DNA of 64,000 nt from an uncultured Verrucomicrobiae bacterium (GTDB lineage: Bacteria > Verrucomicrobiota > Verrucomicrobiia > Chthoniobacterales > JAFAMB01): contig CAWIPH010000002.1 of NCBI GenBank assembly GCA_963837955.1, positions 1,120,001 to 1,184,000 of the forward strand, read 5' to 3'. Each line of letters begins with the position of its first letter. Position 1 is the first letter of the stretch. The notes under the pieces were generated by a model that made no database searches, was not told the DNA's origin, and was given only the letters and a program-made list of their open reading frames with translations. The position numbers and the translations under genes were made by a program. Below, piece by piece: positions 1 through 11,784 of this stretch.

Positions 1-3
1 GGC

Positions 4-612
4 ATGTTGTCCCTGATAAAGGTCAAGCCGGGTGGTGGTTATTATTTGCAAGACGTCCCCTCTAATCTCCTCCCAAGCTCAGTTGAGTGGGGACTCCTTT
101 TGGGAGAGCGCCACACGGAAGATTTGGTTGAGGCCCGCGGCTTTGTCGAAGTCGCTGTTGCCCGTTTAGCTGCCGAGCGCCGGGATGAGAGAGCCTTGAA
201 CCGACTCCTGGATCTGCTGGCTCAGATGAAGGCAGCTCGAAATGATCCCAAGAAATTTGTCGAAGCTGATATCGCGTTTCACATCACGTTGGGCGAAGCC
301 TGCCAGAACTCGGCTTTCCGAGATATTCTCTCCGGAATGCGCAGTCTTCTGGATGTATGGGTGCGCCGTAGCGTTTACGCGGCCGAAGATTTGGGACCGC
401 GGTACCGGAAACATTTGGTCATTTTTGAGGCCATAAAGAAGCGCGACCCAGAAGCGGCCGCGCAAGCCATGGCAGACCATATGGCTTCCGCGAGTAAACA
501 TCTTCACGAAACTCTGTCGAACAAAACTCGATCCGACGGAGCATCCTCGTCGGCGAGGGGATTTGAGCAGCTTCAGCAGCGCAAAAACGTTATTGCCGAG
601 ATAAAGAAATAG
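4..612 (+). CDS. FadR/GntR family transcriptional regulator (FCD domain), 5' truncated by window edge
   Basis: End of the wHTH (VKPGGGYY) plus FCD motifs EARGFVE, ADIAFH and HLVIFEAIKKRDPEAAAQAMADH. Confidence 0.85.
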   Translation: MLSLIKVKPGGGYYLQDVPSNLLPSSVEWGLLLGERHTEDLVEARGFVEVAVARLAAERRDERALNRLLDLLAQMKAARNDPKKFVEADIAFHITLGEACQNSAFRDILSGMRSLLDVWVRRSVYAAEDLGPRYRKHLVIFEAIKKRDPEAAAQAMADHMASASKHLHETLSNKTRSDGASSSARGFEQLQQRKNVIAEIKK

Positions 613-652
613 GTTGGGCTAGATAGCAAATCTCTCAGAGTTTTTGATCGGT

Positions 653-1777
653 TCAGGCTAGTTCGACCCATTTCCCATCGCGAGCGGACTCGGCAAATCC
701 ATGGATGACCCGCTCAATCAGAATACCGTCACCAAATGTCGGGAATGGCCGCTCTCTACCTGCGATAGCGTTCAGCAGATGAGCTACCTCGATGGTCTTC
801 AGATCGTTAAACCCGAGACTGTGTCCCGGTGCTTGGCAGAACAAGCCATAGGGCGGATGCTCCGGTCCGATCAGAATTCGGCGAAACCCAACGATATCGC
901 TGCGTTCCCCCGCTACATACAGTTCCAGCTCGTTCATCCGTTCCTGATCGAAAACAATCGTTCCATTGGAGCCATGCAGCTCCAAACGAATCCCATTCTT
1001 TCGACCATGAGCGATCCGACTGGACGCCAATACGCCGCAGACCCCGCTCCGAAATCGAACCAGAGCATGCGAAACGTCATCATTCTCCACTTGGCGCCGG
1101 ATTGCAGAGCCGCTACTCCGTGGGCGGGTTTGATGCACGGTCTGAGCTAGCGCGGTCAGACTGGCGATCGGTCCCAACAGAAGATGCGCAATCGAAATAA
1201 GGTGGCACGTAATATCGCCGAGCACACCAAGGCCGGCGTTCTCCCGACACAATCTCCAGCTCCAGGGCAAATTAGGATCAGCGACATAGTCTTCGTCGAT
1301 AAATCCTCGAAAATCGAAAACCCTGCCAATCATCCCTTCTTCCAGGAGCCGCTTAGCCGCAGACAGGGCTGGATTCTTTGCAAACGAATAGCCAAGAAGA
1401 GTGATCCGGTCGGACTTGTCGGCTGTATTGGCCATCGCCTCCGCGTCGGCTAGCGAATTGGCCATCGGCTTCTCGCAATAGACGTGTTTACCAGCTACGA
1501 GTGCTGCCACCGCTATCTCCCGATGTAAATGGTTAGGCGTGGTGATTGCCACAACCTCCACCGAAGGATCGCTCACGAGCGTCCGCCAGTCTGTTGTCCA
1601 CCGTTCAAACCCGAACTCCTCTGCCTTGGCTTGAGTCCGCTCAGCGTCCACGTCGCATAACAGGCGAAGTTTTGGCCGCACGATATCGCCAAATACGCTG
1701 GAGACAGAATTGAATGCGATGGCGTGAGCTTTGCCCATGAATCCGGTTCCGATGAGTCCGACTCCGATAGTTGGCAT
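653..1777 (-). CDS. Gfo/Idh/MocA family oxidoreductase (inositol dehydrogenase-like)
   Basis: GLIGTGFMG Rossmann motif, TTPNHLH, KHVYCEKP, GVLGDITCH; start chosen at MPTIGVG. Confidence 0.9.
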   Translation of the reverse strand: MPTIGVGLIGTGFMGKAHAIAFNSVSSVFGDIVRPKLRLLCDVDAERTQAKAEEFGFERWTTDWRTLVSDPSVEVVAITTPNHLHREIAVAALVAGKHVYCEKPMANSLADAEAMANTADKSDRITLLGYSFAKNPALSAAKRLLEEGMIGRVFDFRGFIDEDYVADPNLPWSWRLCRENAGLGVLGDITCHLISIAHLLLGPIASLTALAQTVHQTRPRSSGSAIRRQVENDDVSHALVRFRSGVCGVLASSRIAHGRKNGIRLELHGSNGTIVFDQERMNELELYVAGERSDIVGFRRILIGPEHPPYGLFCQAPGHSLGFNDLKTIEVAHLLNAIAGRERPFPTFGDGILIERVIHGFAESARDGKWVELA

Positions 1778-2134
1778 ATTAGGAAAGTTAAAGGACAAAC
1801 AACGAGGAGGGTTTGTTGATAGACGTTCTAGGAGGAATAACAAAGACTTTGGTCAACCAGTTGTCCACTTTCTTTTCCTCGTAACATTGTACGTTACCCC
1901 CCTCGACTGCGGCGCAGCCGTCGGAAACCAAGGATTTCGACTTTGGCTGATTTTTCAGGGTGATAGCTTTTTGCTCTAGAGGAACGCGCACGCTACTCGA
2001 ACCCGTTCACCGGCCTTGAGAGGGCGTGTCCTGACCGACTAGACGAACGCTCCAGAGGAGAACGAATGTATCGCGCGGGCATCGCGTGAAGCACCGGCTG
2101 TTCGCCACAACGGAGAGCGTCAAAAAGTCGGGGG

Positions 2135-3557
2135 TCAAGCCGCCTTGCGGTCTTGCTCCTGCGTTTGTGGTTGCGGCCTGAATTTCGGATACCAACGGCG
2201 GAATAGGTCGTCCAGATCCTCGTTGAGGACCCTCGTCCTGGTCTGCAGCAAAAGATGGGCCCCCCGTAGCGTCCACTGCATCTGCTGCTTCTTGACGAAT
2301 CGTCTGCTGACCACTTGGTTGATCGTCGACTCCACGAATGCCGTGCTGATCGTTTCCCCTTGACGTCGACGCTCGCCGAAGTTCGGGATGAACTCGCGGT
2401 TATTGCAGATGTATGTTTCAAACTCACTGAGGCCGTCGGACGACCTTCTTCGCAGCGTTCGAACGGGCCTGAATGAAACTCAACTCCACTAACAAGTCGC
2501 CCAGCCGCTCGAGGGCTTCCTCGGTGTTCCCGTGCCACAGCAGATGCTTGACGCTCTCCAGCCGCTTCGATACATCAGCGCCCGTCTCTGGCCGCTCCTC
2601 CTGCAATGCCTTTGTCTGCTGCTGCAACACCGTCAGCCGCATGGTGATGTGAAACCAATCGATCAGATGCTCGCTAAACGGATGCAGATACTCTTGCACC
2701 CGGCGGACATTCTCACCGCCATCCGACATGAACACCACCTGCTGATTCTCTTGCATCCCTTGCGACTTCATCAGCTCCCATAATCGCCGTCGCGGTTTCT
2801 CGTCGTAGGTTTGAACAAACCCGAAACACTTCGCCGAGGGTACTTCGCCCTCATCCTCCCGCCGAAAAGCGACGACGCTTTTGCCCGCGATCACTTCGAA
2901 CCATCCCTGCTTGTGCGCCGCCCGAACGTAACCGCCATCGATGCCCACCGTGATCGGACCATCGGGTAGAGGCTGTCGTTCCCACTCCTGTTCCGAGCCC
3001 TCGAACCGATTAAGTTGGCGCTCCTCACCCAACTCCTGCTCGATGCGTTCGGCCGTCAGTTGCAGGTGGTTTCGGACGGTCTCCGCATTCACCAAATCAC
3101 CGACCGGCAACACTTCCTTCAGCAAATCCGCCGCTCTTGCAAACGGGATCAAGGACGCCCACTTCGTCTCCAGATACAGCATTTCTGGACTGGTTTGCCC
3201 ATTGAGCCAGGTTCTCATTGGACGGAACGTCTGGGGGCCCTCCGTCTGGCAGGCGCATCGGTTCCATCGCGGATTGGGCACCTCAACTCGGCCGAATACC
3301 GTGCTAACCGGGGTGCTGCCGGAGTCCTTGGTCGTGTACCGCCTGCGGCAGTGTGGACACGCACGTCGTTGCTCCAGATTTTCGCGTACCTGTTGCGCGA
3401 CTACAAAATCCTGCACGTCTGCCAACAGCGCTTTGCCCTCGGTCAAATTCATGCCAAGCGTTTCCATCACCAGTTCCCGCCGCTCGATCGTCAGGACCTG
3501 CCGACGTTGTTCGTCGCCGTCGGCGTTTAGGCAAACGACCTCCACCCGGACCTTCAT
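2135..3557 (-). CDS. ISKra4-family DDE transposase (one frameshift near 2430)
   Basis: VGIDGGYVR, FMSDGG and IDWFHI motifs; the C-terminus ISTAFVESTINQVVSRRFVKKQQMQW lies in another frame ending at 2135. Confidence 0.85.
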
Positions 3558-4222
3558 GGCCGCAACCTCCAGCGCTGTGCCAACTCACTCAAACGCGCGT
3601 TGGCCTCTTTCAGGCTGAACCGATCAGGTTGCAGAGGTCCGAGTTCGTGCAGTCTTCGATCGATGCTCTGAAAGCCCTCGTCCAGCACGGTGCGGAGCAG
3701 ATCCCAGGTCCGTGCCGCTTGACCCGGGCAGGCCTCGGCCAACATCTGAACACCAGCCTCCAGCCGTACGGGATCGGACATTGCGGCACCCTCTCGTTGC
3801 CGCTTCAGCATTAGGCGGTAGCCGGTTGGACCTCCGCAAAACTCCGGGGGCGCAGCGCCGCGGCCGCCCACACAGACCCGCGCGTGGTCGCCTTCGACCC
3901 CCTCCTGAATATCCAAGACGCGAACGTCCCACTCCCACATATGCAGGGTGTCGCAGACGTAGAGGAACTTTTCCTGCCGGTGCAGCTTGAACTCGTGCAG
4001 TGCTTTCGACCGCGTCTTCCGCCGGAAGCTGTTGAACTCCTGACCGTGCACACGAATGATGTAGCCCAGATCGCCGTTCCACCCGAGGATAATGCGGAAC
4101 ACGTCGTGGAATTCGGGGAGCGGCATGTGATCGGAGACCGAGACCAGGCGGATGACCATCGGGCTCACTTGGCGCAGAACCGCTCGCAGAATCAAGCGTT
4201 TGAACGAGACTGTTTTAGGCAT
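3554..4222 (-). CDS. Plasmid pRiA4b ORF-3 family protein (IS passenger)
   Basis: RLVSVSDHMPLPEFHDVF...GW, WEWDVRV and CVGGRGAAPPEFCGG motifs; overlaps the transposase start. Confidence 0.75.
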   Translation of the reverse strand: MPKTVSFKRLILRAVLRQVSPMVIRLVSVSDHMPLPEFHDVFRIILGWNGDLGYIIRVHGQEFNSFRRKTRSKALHEFKLHRQEKFLYVCDTLHMWEWDVRVLDIQEGVEGDHARVCVGGRGAAPPEFCGGPTGYRLMLKRQREGAAMSDPVRLEAGVQMLAEACPGQAARTWDLLRTVLDEGFQSIDRRLHELGPLQPDRFSLKEANARLSELAQRWRLRP

Positions 4223-4383
4223 CTCTCCAGACTACTCGGATCGCCCGACCCCCGACTTTTTGACGCCTCTCCTGCCTAGCAAGGCTTGATCGGTGTGCCT
4301 GCCTCTCCACAGCTCGCTGGAACCCTGGTTGGACAAAAGCTAGCGCCCGGTGAGCTGGAGCTCTTAAAGTGAGCAAACAACCC

Positions 4384-5067
4384 ATGAAAGCAAAATTCAA
4401 AAGAGTTGCCATCGCAAGAATCGCGGCTTCCGCCTTTCTCTTTGGTGCCCTCGCAAGTTCCTTCGCCGCCGGACCATCGAACGTGAGTCCCAAGGAAGCG
4501 ATCAAACGCCTCATGCAAGGCAACGCCCGTTTCGTCTTCGGCCACATGACCCACGTTGCTCCTGGACACGTCGCCGAAGCCCGCCGCGCGGTCGCAAAAA
4601 GCCAAAGGCCTTTCGCGATCATTGTCGGCTGCTCGGATTCTCGCGTTGGGCCCGAGATCGTATTCGACCAGGGTCTCGGCGATATCTTTGTCGTCCGCAC
4701 CGCCGGAGAGGTGGTGGACGCTACGGTCTTGGGCAGCATTGAATACGCTGTCGAGCACCTCGGTAGCTCTTTGATTGTAGTCCTCGGTCACGAGCGTTGC
4801 GGCGCGGTCTCGGCGGCCGTGGCCAGCGCCAAAGAACCCGGACACATTGCGGCCATGTTAAAGGCCATCGAGCCCGCAGTCGAAAAGACTAAAGGCAAAC
4901 CAGGCGATCCGATCGAAAATGCCGTGCGCGCTCAAGCGATCGACGTTGCCAAACAATTGCACGACGCTAAACCAATCCTGGCAGAGCGGGTGCATTCCGG
5001 GAAACTCAAGATCGTCGCGGCGCGCTACGACCTAGAGACTGGCAAGGTCGAATTCCTTCCTTTTTGA
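4384..5067 (+). CDS. Secreted beta-class carbonic anhydrase
   Basis: Signal peptide; GCSDSRV and GHERCGAV zinc-binding motifs. Confidence 0.92.
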   Translation: MKAKFKRVAIARIAASAFLFGALASSFAAGPSNVSPKEAIKRLMQGNARFVFGHMTHVAPGHVAEARRAVAKSQRPFAIIVGCSDSRVGPEIVFDQGLGDIFVVRTAGEVVDATVLGSIEYAVEHLGSSLIVVLGHERCGAVSAAVASAKEPGHIAAMLKAIEPAVEKTKGKPGDPIENAVRAQAIDVAKQLHDAKPILAERVHSGKLKIVAARYDLETGKVEFLPF

Positions 5068-5700
5068 CGACGCTTTTGCAGAGATCCGCTGACACCATAA
5101 ACTGAAAATTACTTTTCCTCATGCACCGCCCTCAATTTGACCGTTGCCACTGCCGTTCTGAAAGCGTGTCTCTAAGGCTGGGGTCCGGTATTTTTTCTGA
5201 GCATAATTCCGATCGTCGCCACGCCGCACACTGGAATAATCCCGGATGTTGAGGGCCGTGCATTGGGCCTTCACTCCGCAAAGGTAAGCCCGTGCGCTTA
5301 AGCTTTCTGTATCGATCATCGAACAACCTGGTTTGTTTGACCTCATTTATCGTGGAATAATTCGCCTCTAACAAATTTTTCAAAAAATGAGGATCACGCC
5401 GCTCCAGAGGAGTAACAGCATGTGTGTATAGCGCGGATCAACCTTTTGCGAGCATCCGCAACGCGGCGTACGGACCAGCAAGCCGTGGGACGCTTGGTAT
5501 CGCTCATTGGCGTTGGTGGGATGACAGGTTGTGGAGGGGAGCGCGGATCATCGCCATCCCGGTGAAAATCATCGCGGCGGAAACTCTGTTTTTGGCGATT
5601 CGCGAACATCGCTTCGGTTGCGAGCGAGAGAAACGCCCTCCAAGGCTTGGTCGTTGACATTTTCGAGGGAGCACACGTAAACGTAACATTGCGTTTGGGC

Positions 5701-6660
5701 ATGATGGAATCTGCCAATCTCACATCCCATTTTGACCGCTTTCTTGGACCAATCCGTTCCTTGTTTGCCGGGATGTTGGCGGCGACGGCGCTCGGGGCGA
5801 CATGTCTGAGCGCGGCGGATGTCGAGCCAAGGGCGTACTCAAACATTCCGACCGGGATCAATTTTCTCATTGTCGGCTATGCGTACAGCGAAGGTAACGT
5901 GACATTCGATCCGTCGGTACCGATCACGAATGGTAAACTGACGACAGATAGCTCGGTCCTCGCGTATGCCCGGTCCCTCGATCTCTGGGGCAAGTCCGGG
6001 AAGTTAGATATTATCATTCCCGAGGTTTGGCTCTCGGGCACCGCGAAAGTCCAAGGACAAACCAGGAGCAGAGCCGTCTTCGGTCTTGCCGACCCAATTT
6101 TCCGCTTCTATGTGAACCTCTTTGGCGCCCCGACGCTCTCACTAAAAGAGTTCACTGGATACAAGCAAGACACTATCATCGGTGTGAGCCTCGCGCTGTC
6201 GGCTCCGGTCGGACAATACGATTCGCAAAAGCTCGTGAACATCGGCACCAACCGGTGGTCTTTCAAGCCGGAGATCGGTATCTCCAAGGTATTTGGCCCG
6301 TTGACAGTCGAGCTAGCGGCTGGTGCATATTTTTTTACTGATAACAACCAGCCTTTTCGAGGCAACAACCTACAGCAGGCTCCAATTTACGCCGTGCAGG
6401 GGCACCTCATCCATAGTTTTGGCCGAGGCATTTGGGGTGCACTTGACGCTATCTATTACGTCGGCGGCCAAACGACGCAAGACGGTGTGACAAGTGACAA
6501 TTCGCAAGAGAGTTGGCGTTTCGGCGCTACCTTCACGTTTCCCTTTGATCGGAAAAACTCGGTAAAGCTTTACGGTAATACCGGCGTTTATTCACGAACC
6601 CGGAGCAACTTCAACGTGATCGGCATCTCCTGGCAGTACAGCTGGGGCGCAGGTCTGTAA
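5701..6660 (+). CDS. Outer-membrane transporter, MetA-pathway-of-phenol-degradation family
   Basis: EPRAYSNIPTGINF, GLADP and PVGQYD..KLVNIGTNRWSFKPEIG motifs; start uncertain. Confidence 0.75.
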   Translation: MMESANLTSHFDRFLGPIRSLFAGMLAATALGATCLSAADVEPRAYSNIPTGINFLIVGYAYSEGNVTFDPSVPITNGKLTTDSSVLAYARSLDLWGKSGKLDIIIPEVWLSGTAKVQGQTRSRAVFGLADPIFRFYVNLFGAPTLSLKEFTGYKQDTIIGVSLALSAPVGQYDSQKLVNIGTNRWSFKPEIGISKVFGPLTVELAAGAYFFTDNNQPFRGNNLQQAPIYAVQGHLIHSFGRGIWGALDAIYYVGGQTTQDGVTSDNSQESWRFGATFTFPFDRKNSVKLYGNTGVYSRTRSNFNVIGISWQYSWGAGL

Positions 6661-6777
6661 GAGCCGCGTTTTAGTGGGAGGGATTTGTCGGAACACAATC
6701 TTGAGCTTCCCTCGGAATGGACTCGCTCGGCAGCGCGTTTTCGCAACATCGGTCACCTACTCAGGAATTATTTTGCT

Positions 6778-9180
6778 TCACGATTTTAGTTCCCTGGAAC
6801 TAGCGCACCGCTGTCTCATGTGCGGGCTCGGGGGTGATTCGCTTCCGCTTTTTCCGCAGCTGGCGAGACCCTGCACGAAGACGTAGCAGACCGGGATAAG
6901 AAAGATGCCGAGCAGGGTAGCAATCGTCATTCCGAACACAACTGCGGTGCCCATGACGCTGCGTGAGGCGGCGCCAGAACCGCTTGCGAGCATCAGCGGT
7001 ACACAACCGAAGATGAAGGCGAATGAAGTCATCAGGATGGGGCGCAGGCGCAGTTTCGCACCTTCGAGCGCAGCCTCAACGAGCGTCTTGCCCTCCAGGT
7101 GCCTGAGCTTGGCGAACTCCACAATCAGGATCGCGTTCTTTGCTGCCACCGCGATGAGCATCACCAGACCGATCTGCGCGTAGACGTTGTTGTCTAAGTT
7201 GCGCAAAACCAAACCGATGAATGTGCCGAGCACGACTAGTGGCGTGCAAAGCAGCACTGCAAACGGTAACGCCCAGCTTTCATACTGGGCCGCCAGCAGC
7301 AGAAACACGAACACAATAGCCATACCGAAGATTATGCCCGCTTCACCTTCCGATTTCTTCTGCTGCAGTGTCAGCCCGGACCAATCGTAGCCAAACTCGC
7401 GCGGCATGCTCTTTGCAACCTCTTCAATCGCGCTGAGCGCCTGTGCCGAGCTATAACTCGGCGACGGCGCGCCGAGAATTTCGGCGGCTAGAGAGAGATT
7501 GAAACGGGAGAGAAAGTTAGGCCCGGAAATTTGCTTAACGTCTACTAACGTGTCGAGTGGCACCATGATGCCGTCCTGGTTGCGGACGTAGAATTTCCCT
7601 ATCTGGTCGGGCTGATACGTGAACTCCGGTTCGGCTTGCAGGAAAACTTTGAATACGCGACCGAAACGCACGAAGTCATTCACATATAGGCCGCTCAAAT
7701 ATGCCTGCAGCGTCTGGAAGACGCTGTCCACCTTTACGCCTTCGGCTCGCGCTTTTTCGCGGTCGAGTACTACATTCAACTGGGGCGTGTTCGGTTGGAA
7801 GGTGGAACTTAAGCGTCCGATCTCCGGCCGTTTGGACGCCTCGGTGATGAATCGCTGCACTTGCGCCGCGAGCCGATCGACTGAGCCGCCGGAGCGATCC
7901 TCCAGTTGCATGGTAAATCCTGCAACGTTGCCGTACCCGGGGAGCGCCGGTGGACCGAAGGCGATAATGCGCGCTTCCGGAAATGTGAAGAACTTCCTAT
8001 TCCACTGGCGCGCGATCGCCGCGGCGTGCAGCTCGGGAGCCTGGCGTTTTTTCCATTCGTCAAGGCCGACAAAAATCAGTGCCGAGTTCCGCATATTGAG
8101 GCCAGTGAGAATGTTGAAGCCCGAAATCGCACAGGCCGAGCGCACGCCGTTCGTCTCCGTGACGATTTGCTCAGCCTTTTTTAGTACAGCGTCCGATCGC
8201 TGAAGCGAGGCGCCTTCAGGCAATTCAACGGCTACAAAGAGCAGCCCTTTATCCTCTTCGGGAATGAAGCCGCCGGGCACGGCTTTGGAAAGTAGCCGGA
8301 TGCCGCGTACCACAGCGACGAGCAGCAGCATCGAGCGCGCGGCTTTGCGAATTAAGAAATTGACGACAGCACCGTAGCCGCTGGTCGCACGATCGAACAC
8401 ACGATTGAATCCGGCGAAAAACCAGCCAAGCGGACCGCGGGCCGGCTGTGGTTTTCTCAGAAGTATCGCGAACAGCGCCGGACTGAGTGTGAGGGCGTTA
8501 ATAGCCGAGAAGAGGACAGCCACCGCGACGGTAAGGGCGAACTGTTGGTAGAGCTGTCCGGTAACGCCGCCCATGAAGGCCACGGGTACAAACACTGCGC
8601 ACAGAATGAGCGCTATCATAATGACAGGCCCTGACACTTCATTCATCGCTTTCACTGTCGCCTCGGGCGGGCTCAGGCCGTGCTCAAGATGGTGTTGGAC
8701 CGCTTCGACCACGACAATGGCGTCGTCTACAACGATGCCGATTGCGAGCACCAGGCCGAACAGCGTGAGGGTGTTGACGCTAAATCCGAGCAGCGGAAAG
8801 GCGATAAACGCTCCCAGCAGCGACACCGGAACGGTAAGCATGGGGATGACGGTCGCACGAAAGCTCTGGAGGAAGAGGAAGACCACCAGCAGCACAAGGA
8901 TGACCGCTTCAATCAGCGTGTGCTCGATCTCGTGCATGGAAGCCTTGATGGGTAGCGTGAAGTCCAGCGTGATCTCGTACTTCATGTGAGGCGGGAACCG
9001 CTCTTGGCGCTCTTTCAGAATACGCTTGATTTGGTCGGCCGTAGCCAGCGCATTCGCTCCAGGAGCGAGATAGACGCCGAGCGCCGCCGCGGGTGACTGG
9101 TTAAAGCCGTGCGCGCAACCCGTACGTCTGGGCGCCGAGCTCGACCCGGGCCACGTCTTTGATCTTGACCTGAGAGCCGT
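6778..9180 (-). pseudogene. RND efflux permease (AcrB-like), N-terminal part missing, frameshift near 9105
   Basis: AIGIVVDDAIVVVE, AKNAILIVEFA and RLRPILMTS motifs; begins abruptly at [16 protein letters not shown]. Confidence 0.85.
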
Positions 9181-9553
9181 CCATGTAGGAGTAAGTCGGC
9201 GTCGCATCGAGATAGAAGTATTGCTCCTTCACATCCTCTCCGTGATTCCCTTCCGGACCCGTCAAACCAAACAGGCGCTCCTTCAGAATCGGATCTTTGC
9301 CATTCCACAACGCCAACGCGAAGCAGAGGCGGCATTGCCGATCAGCGATGCCCAGCAGGCCGTCTTCACCCCATCGGTAGGCTCGGCTTCGAGCGTGATC
9401 ATGCGGGAAGTAATCCCAACAAATACCGCCAGGGGAATAGTCCTCCCGTACCGTGGCCCATTGTCGCTCCGACAGGTAAGGTCCCCAGCGTTTCCAGTTT
9501 GCTTCGCGCTTTGCGTCGGATATGAGACGCGCTTTCTCGGCATTGCTCGCCAT
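9181..9553 (-). pseudogene. N-terminal fragment of an MGH1/GH63-like glucosidase, fused to the RND fragment
   Basis: [21 protein letters not shown]...[11 protein letters not shown]...[29 protein letters not shown]. Confidence 0.8.
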
Positions 9554-9564
9554 CGGTCACCTAC

Positions 9565-10243
9565 TCAGGCATTATTTTGCTTCATGATTTTAGTCATCGC
9601 GCCGCAACGCGACAATGAACCGTACGCAGCGCTAACATCGGCCGCCAGCGGTCTCTGCACACAAGCCGTCTGGATCGTCTCCCGTTTGTTGGGATTATAG
9701 AGCGCAAGAGTGGCGTCCCGTACAGTCCCGGTCTTGGTGCCAACCGGATTGAAATCGACCGCAGCGGTAACCGGAACTGCTAGGCCACGAGGCGGCAGAA
9801 AGTATTTCCCAGGATCTGCCGGTTTATGCACTCCTACTAAGACGCCGCCCCAACCATTGGTGCGCCGTGCAAGAATGCGAATTTTCGCCCGCAATTGTCG
9901 TGTAGTGCGGAGTGAGTCGAAGTATGCGGGGTCCCAAGTGCCTGTTTCGCGCGAACCGCTGGTGAAGTGTAATCGGTAAGTGTGACCGTCCACCGAAATC
10001 GTTTCGGTTCGGTTCCAGAGTGCAGGAGTGGCTTGTAGAAGGAGCGCCATTTCTTGGCAGGCGCTGTTGTACGTCAATTGAGAGCCTGTGGTTCGGGCCG
10101 GTTGACGCGTCTAGGTAGTACCCCACCGCTGTCGTTGGATTGGCACGGGCCCGGCGCGCCTGATCCAGACTGATTTGACCTTGCGAATGTGGCCCATTGG
10201 CAGGCTGAACGACACACCCAGTGGAGATGGTGAGACACAACAT
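9565..10243 (-). pseudogene. Truncated, frameshifted lipoprotein-like gene (possibly the N-terminal part of an alpha/beta hydrolase)
   Basis: Two overlapping frames (lipobox-like STGC; YNSAC...GWGGVLVG...PLAAD); ends inside a 44-bp repeat. Confidence 0.45.
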
Positions 10244-10543
10244 ACGAGCAGAAAAAGTTTGCCCAGCTTCCGATTCAAGGCCTTAACCGAGTCGATTCTA
10301 TTTTGAGTTTCATCGGGTGACGTTTTAGTGGCGGGCCAACCTTGGCAGATTACTAGTTCTGGAGACAAATTGTCAGTAGATTTGTCACGCTCTGGCATGC
10401 ATCGAAATAGGATCTTATTGGTCAATCCAGCGCGCACCCAGGGTAGATCCGGTGGAAGTTTGGTTGCCCACTCCCCTTAAGGACTATAGCGGAAGTGCGG
10501 ATCGTGTTTTAGAATTGACATTGGATTTAACCACCGCCGCGAT

Positions 10544-11089
10544 ATGCGCGGAACCATCGCTACTTTCTTTCCTATGCGCCTTCTGTTCGTTGCTACCAGT
10601 ATTTTGCTGTTTTCGGCTTCTCCAGCGTTCGGCTTGGCCAACTTTAACGGGACGTGGACCGTTGATCTTCGCGCCTCCAGCGCTCCGGATCCGATTTTGA
10701 AGCATTTGGGATTGTCTTGGATCGAACGCCAGTTTGCGGGATCACTACAGCTGGAAGCGACTTATATTCAGACTCCGCAGTTGTTAACCGTAGAACTCCG
10801 AGGTCTTGGATTTCGACGGAAGGACGTGATGCGCATCGATAATAAACCCGAGACGAACGAAGACCCGCGTATGGGGCGATACACCATTCGCACTTTTTGG
10901 TCCGATAATGGGACAAAGCTTGTCTCCGCTATTTCCTTCCAGACCAAGGACTCGCGCAATGCCCAATTTACTATTGTTCGGGAACTGGCCGATGGGGGAA
11001 AGACGCTCATACTAACCGGCACTCTCAAAATAGCCGGTGAATCGGGAACACATACTGGCCGCCGTGTCTGGAGAAGCCGGGGATCTTGA
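10544..11089 (+). CDS. Secreted hypothetical protein (lipocalin-like beta barrel possible)
   Basis: Signal peptide followed by NFNGTWTVD; 181-aa ORF. Confidence 0.65.
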   Translation: MRGTIATFFPMRLLFVATSILLFSASPAFGLANFNGTWTVDLRASSAPDPILKHLGLSWIERQFAGSLQLEATYIQTPQLLTVELRGLGFRRKDVMRIDNKPETNEDPRMGRYTIRTFWSDNGTKLVSAISFQTKDSRNAQFTIVRELADGGKTLILTGTLKIAGESGTHTGRRVWRSRGS

Positions 11090-11369
11090 ACAATTTCTGC
11101 CGGTCGTAATATTGGATATTAGTGCGGCACCTGAAGCATCAGACAGACGTTCTGGCGTCGTTAACGGTCCACGGCCGGATTTCTTTTTTGGTTGCAGCAG
11201 AAGCGCCGAAACCGCAGGACTGAATGTTAATGCATTAAAGCCCGCTGAGCGACCTGGTCACAGTTATTCGGGCCAGAGCCCAGGCGAGGCTTAATCAATT
11301 AAAGATCCAACTGTCAAACCAGATCTCGACAACATTGAAGGGCCAGCTCAATTGGCTCCTTCGCTCGAA

Positions 11370-11596
11370 CCGACGATTGGTTCGACCCATACATCGGTTT
11401 GTGGGCGCGCTACAATTTGAGCGATGCGTTATACCTAACCACAAAGGCAGGCGTCGGCGCTCGGCCACCAGATTACACCGCAACTTTTTTTTCGGAGGTT
11501 GGTTTCCGGTACCTGTATGACGATTACGACTCGGGCGGTTTGCTCTATCCGGTTTCCATGTGCGGTCCAGAGTTGACCGTTGGTTTTAAATTCTGA
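11370..11596 (+). pseudogene. C-terminal remnant of an outer-membrane beta-barrel gene
   Basis: ARYNLSDALYL...GFRYLYDDY...GPELTVGFKF with terminal Phe; no intact N-terminus. Confidence 0.45.
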
Positions 11597-11784
11597 GACA
11601 ATGAAGCTGATTCCTCTTGCACTATGCACCATATTTCTGCTAACCCGGTTCTCTCTTCGTCAAATCGGGGAAAATCTGAAGCAATGCACAACAAAATACA
11701 GTGCAATTCTCGATAAGGACGCAAGAATGGCACAAGTTCAAAAGCGAGCGTGCGGCAGGCGATAATCTGCCCGACTTAGCCAAA

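Larger units (their letters stand above)
2112..4272 (-). mobile_element. ISKra4-family insertion sequence with passenger gene
   Basis: Terminal inverted repeats GGAGAGCGTCAAAAAGTCGGGG (from 2112) and CCCCGACTTTTTGACGCCTCTCC (to 4272) enclose a transposase and a second ORF. Confidence 0.85.
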
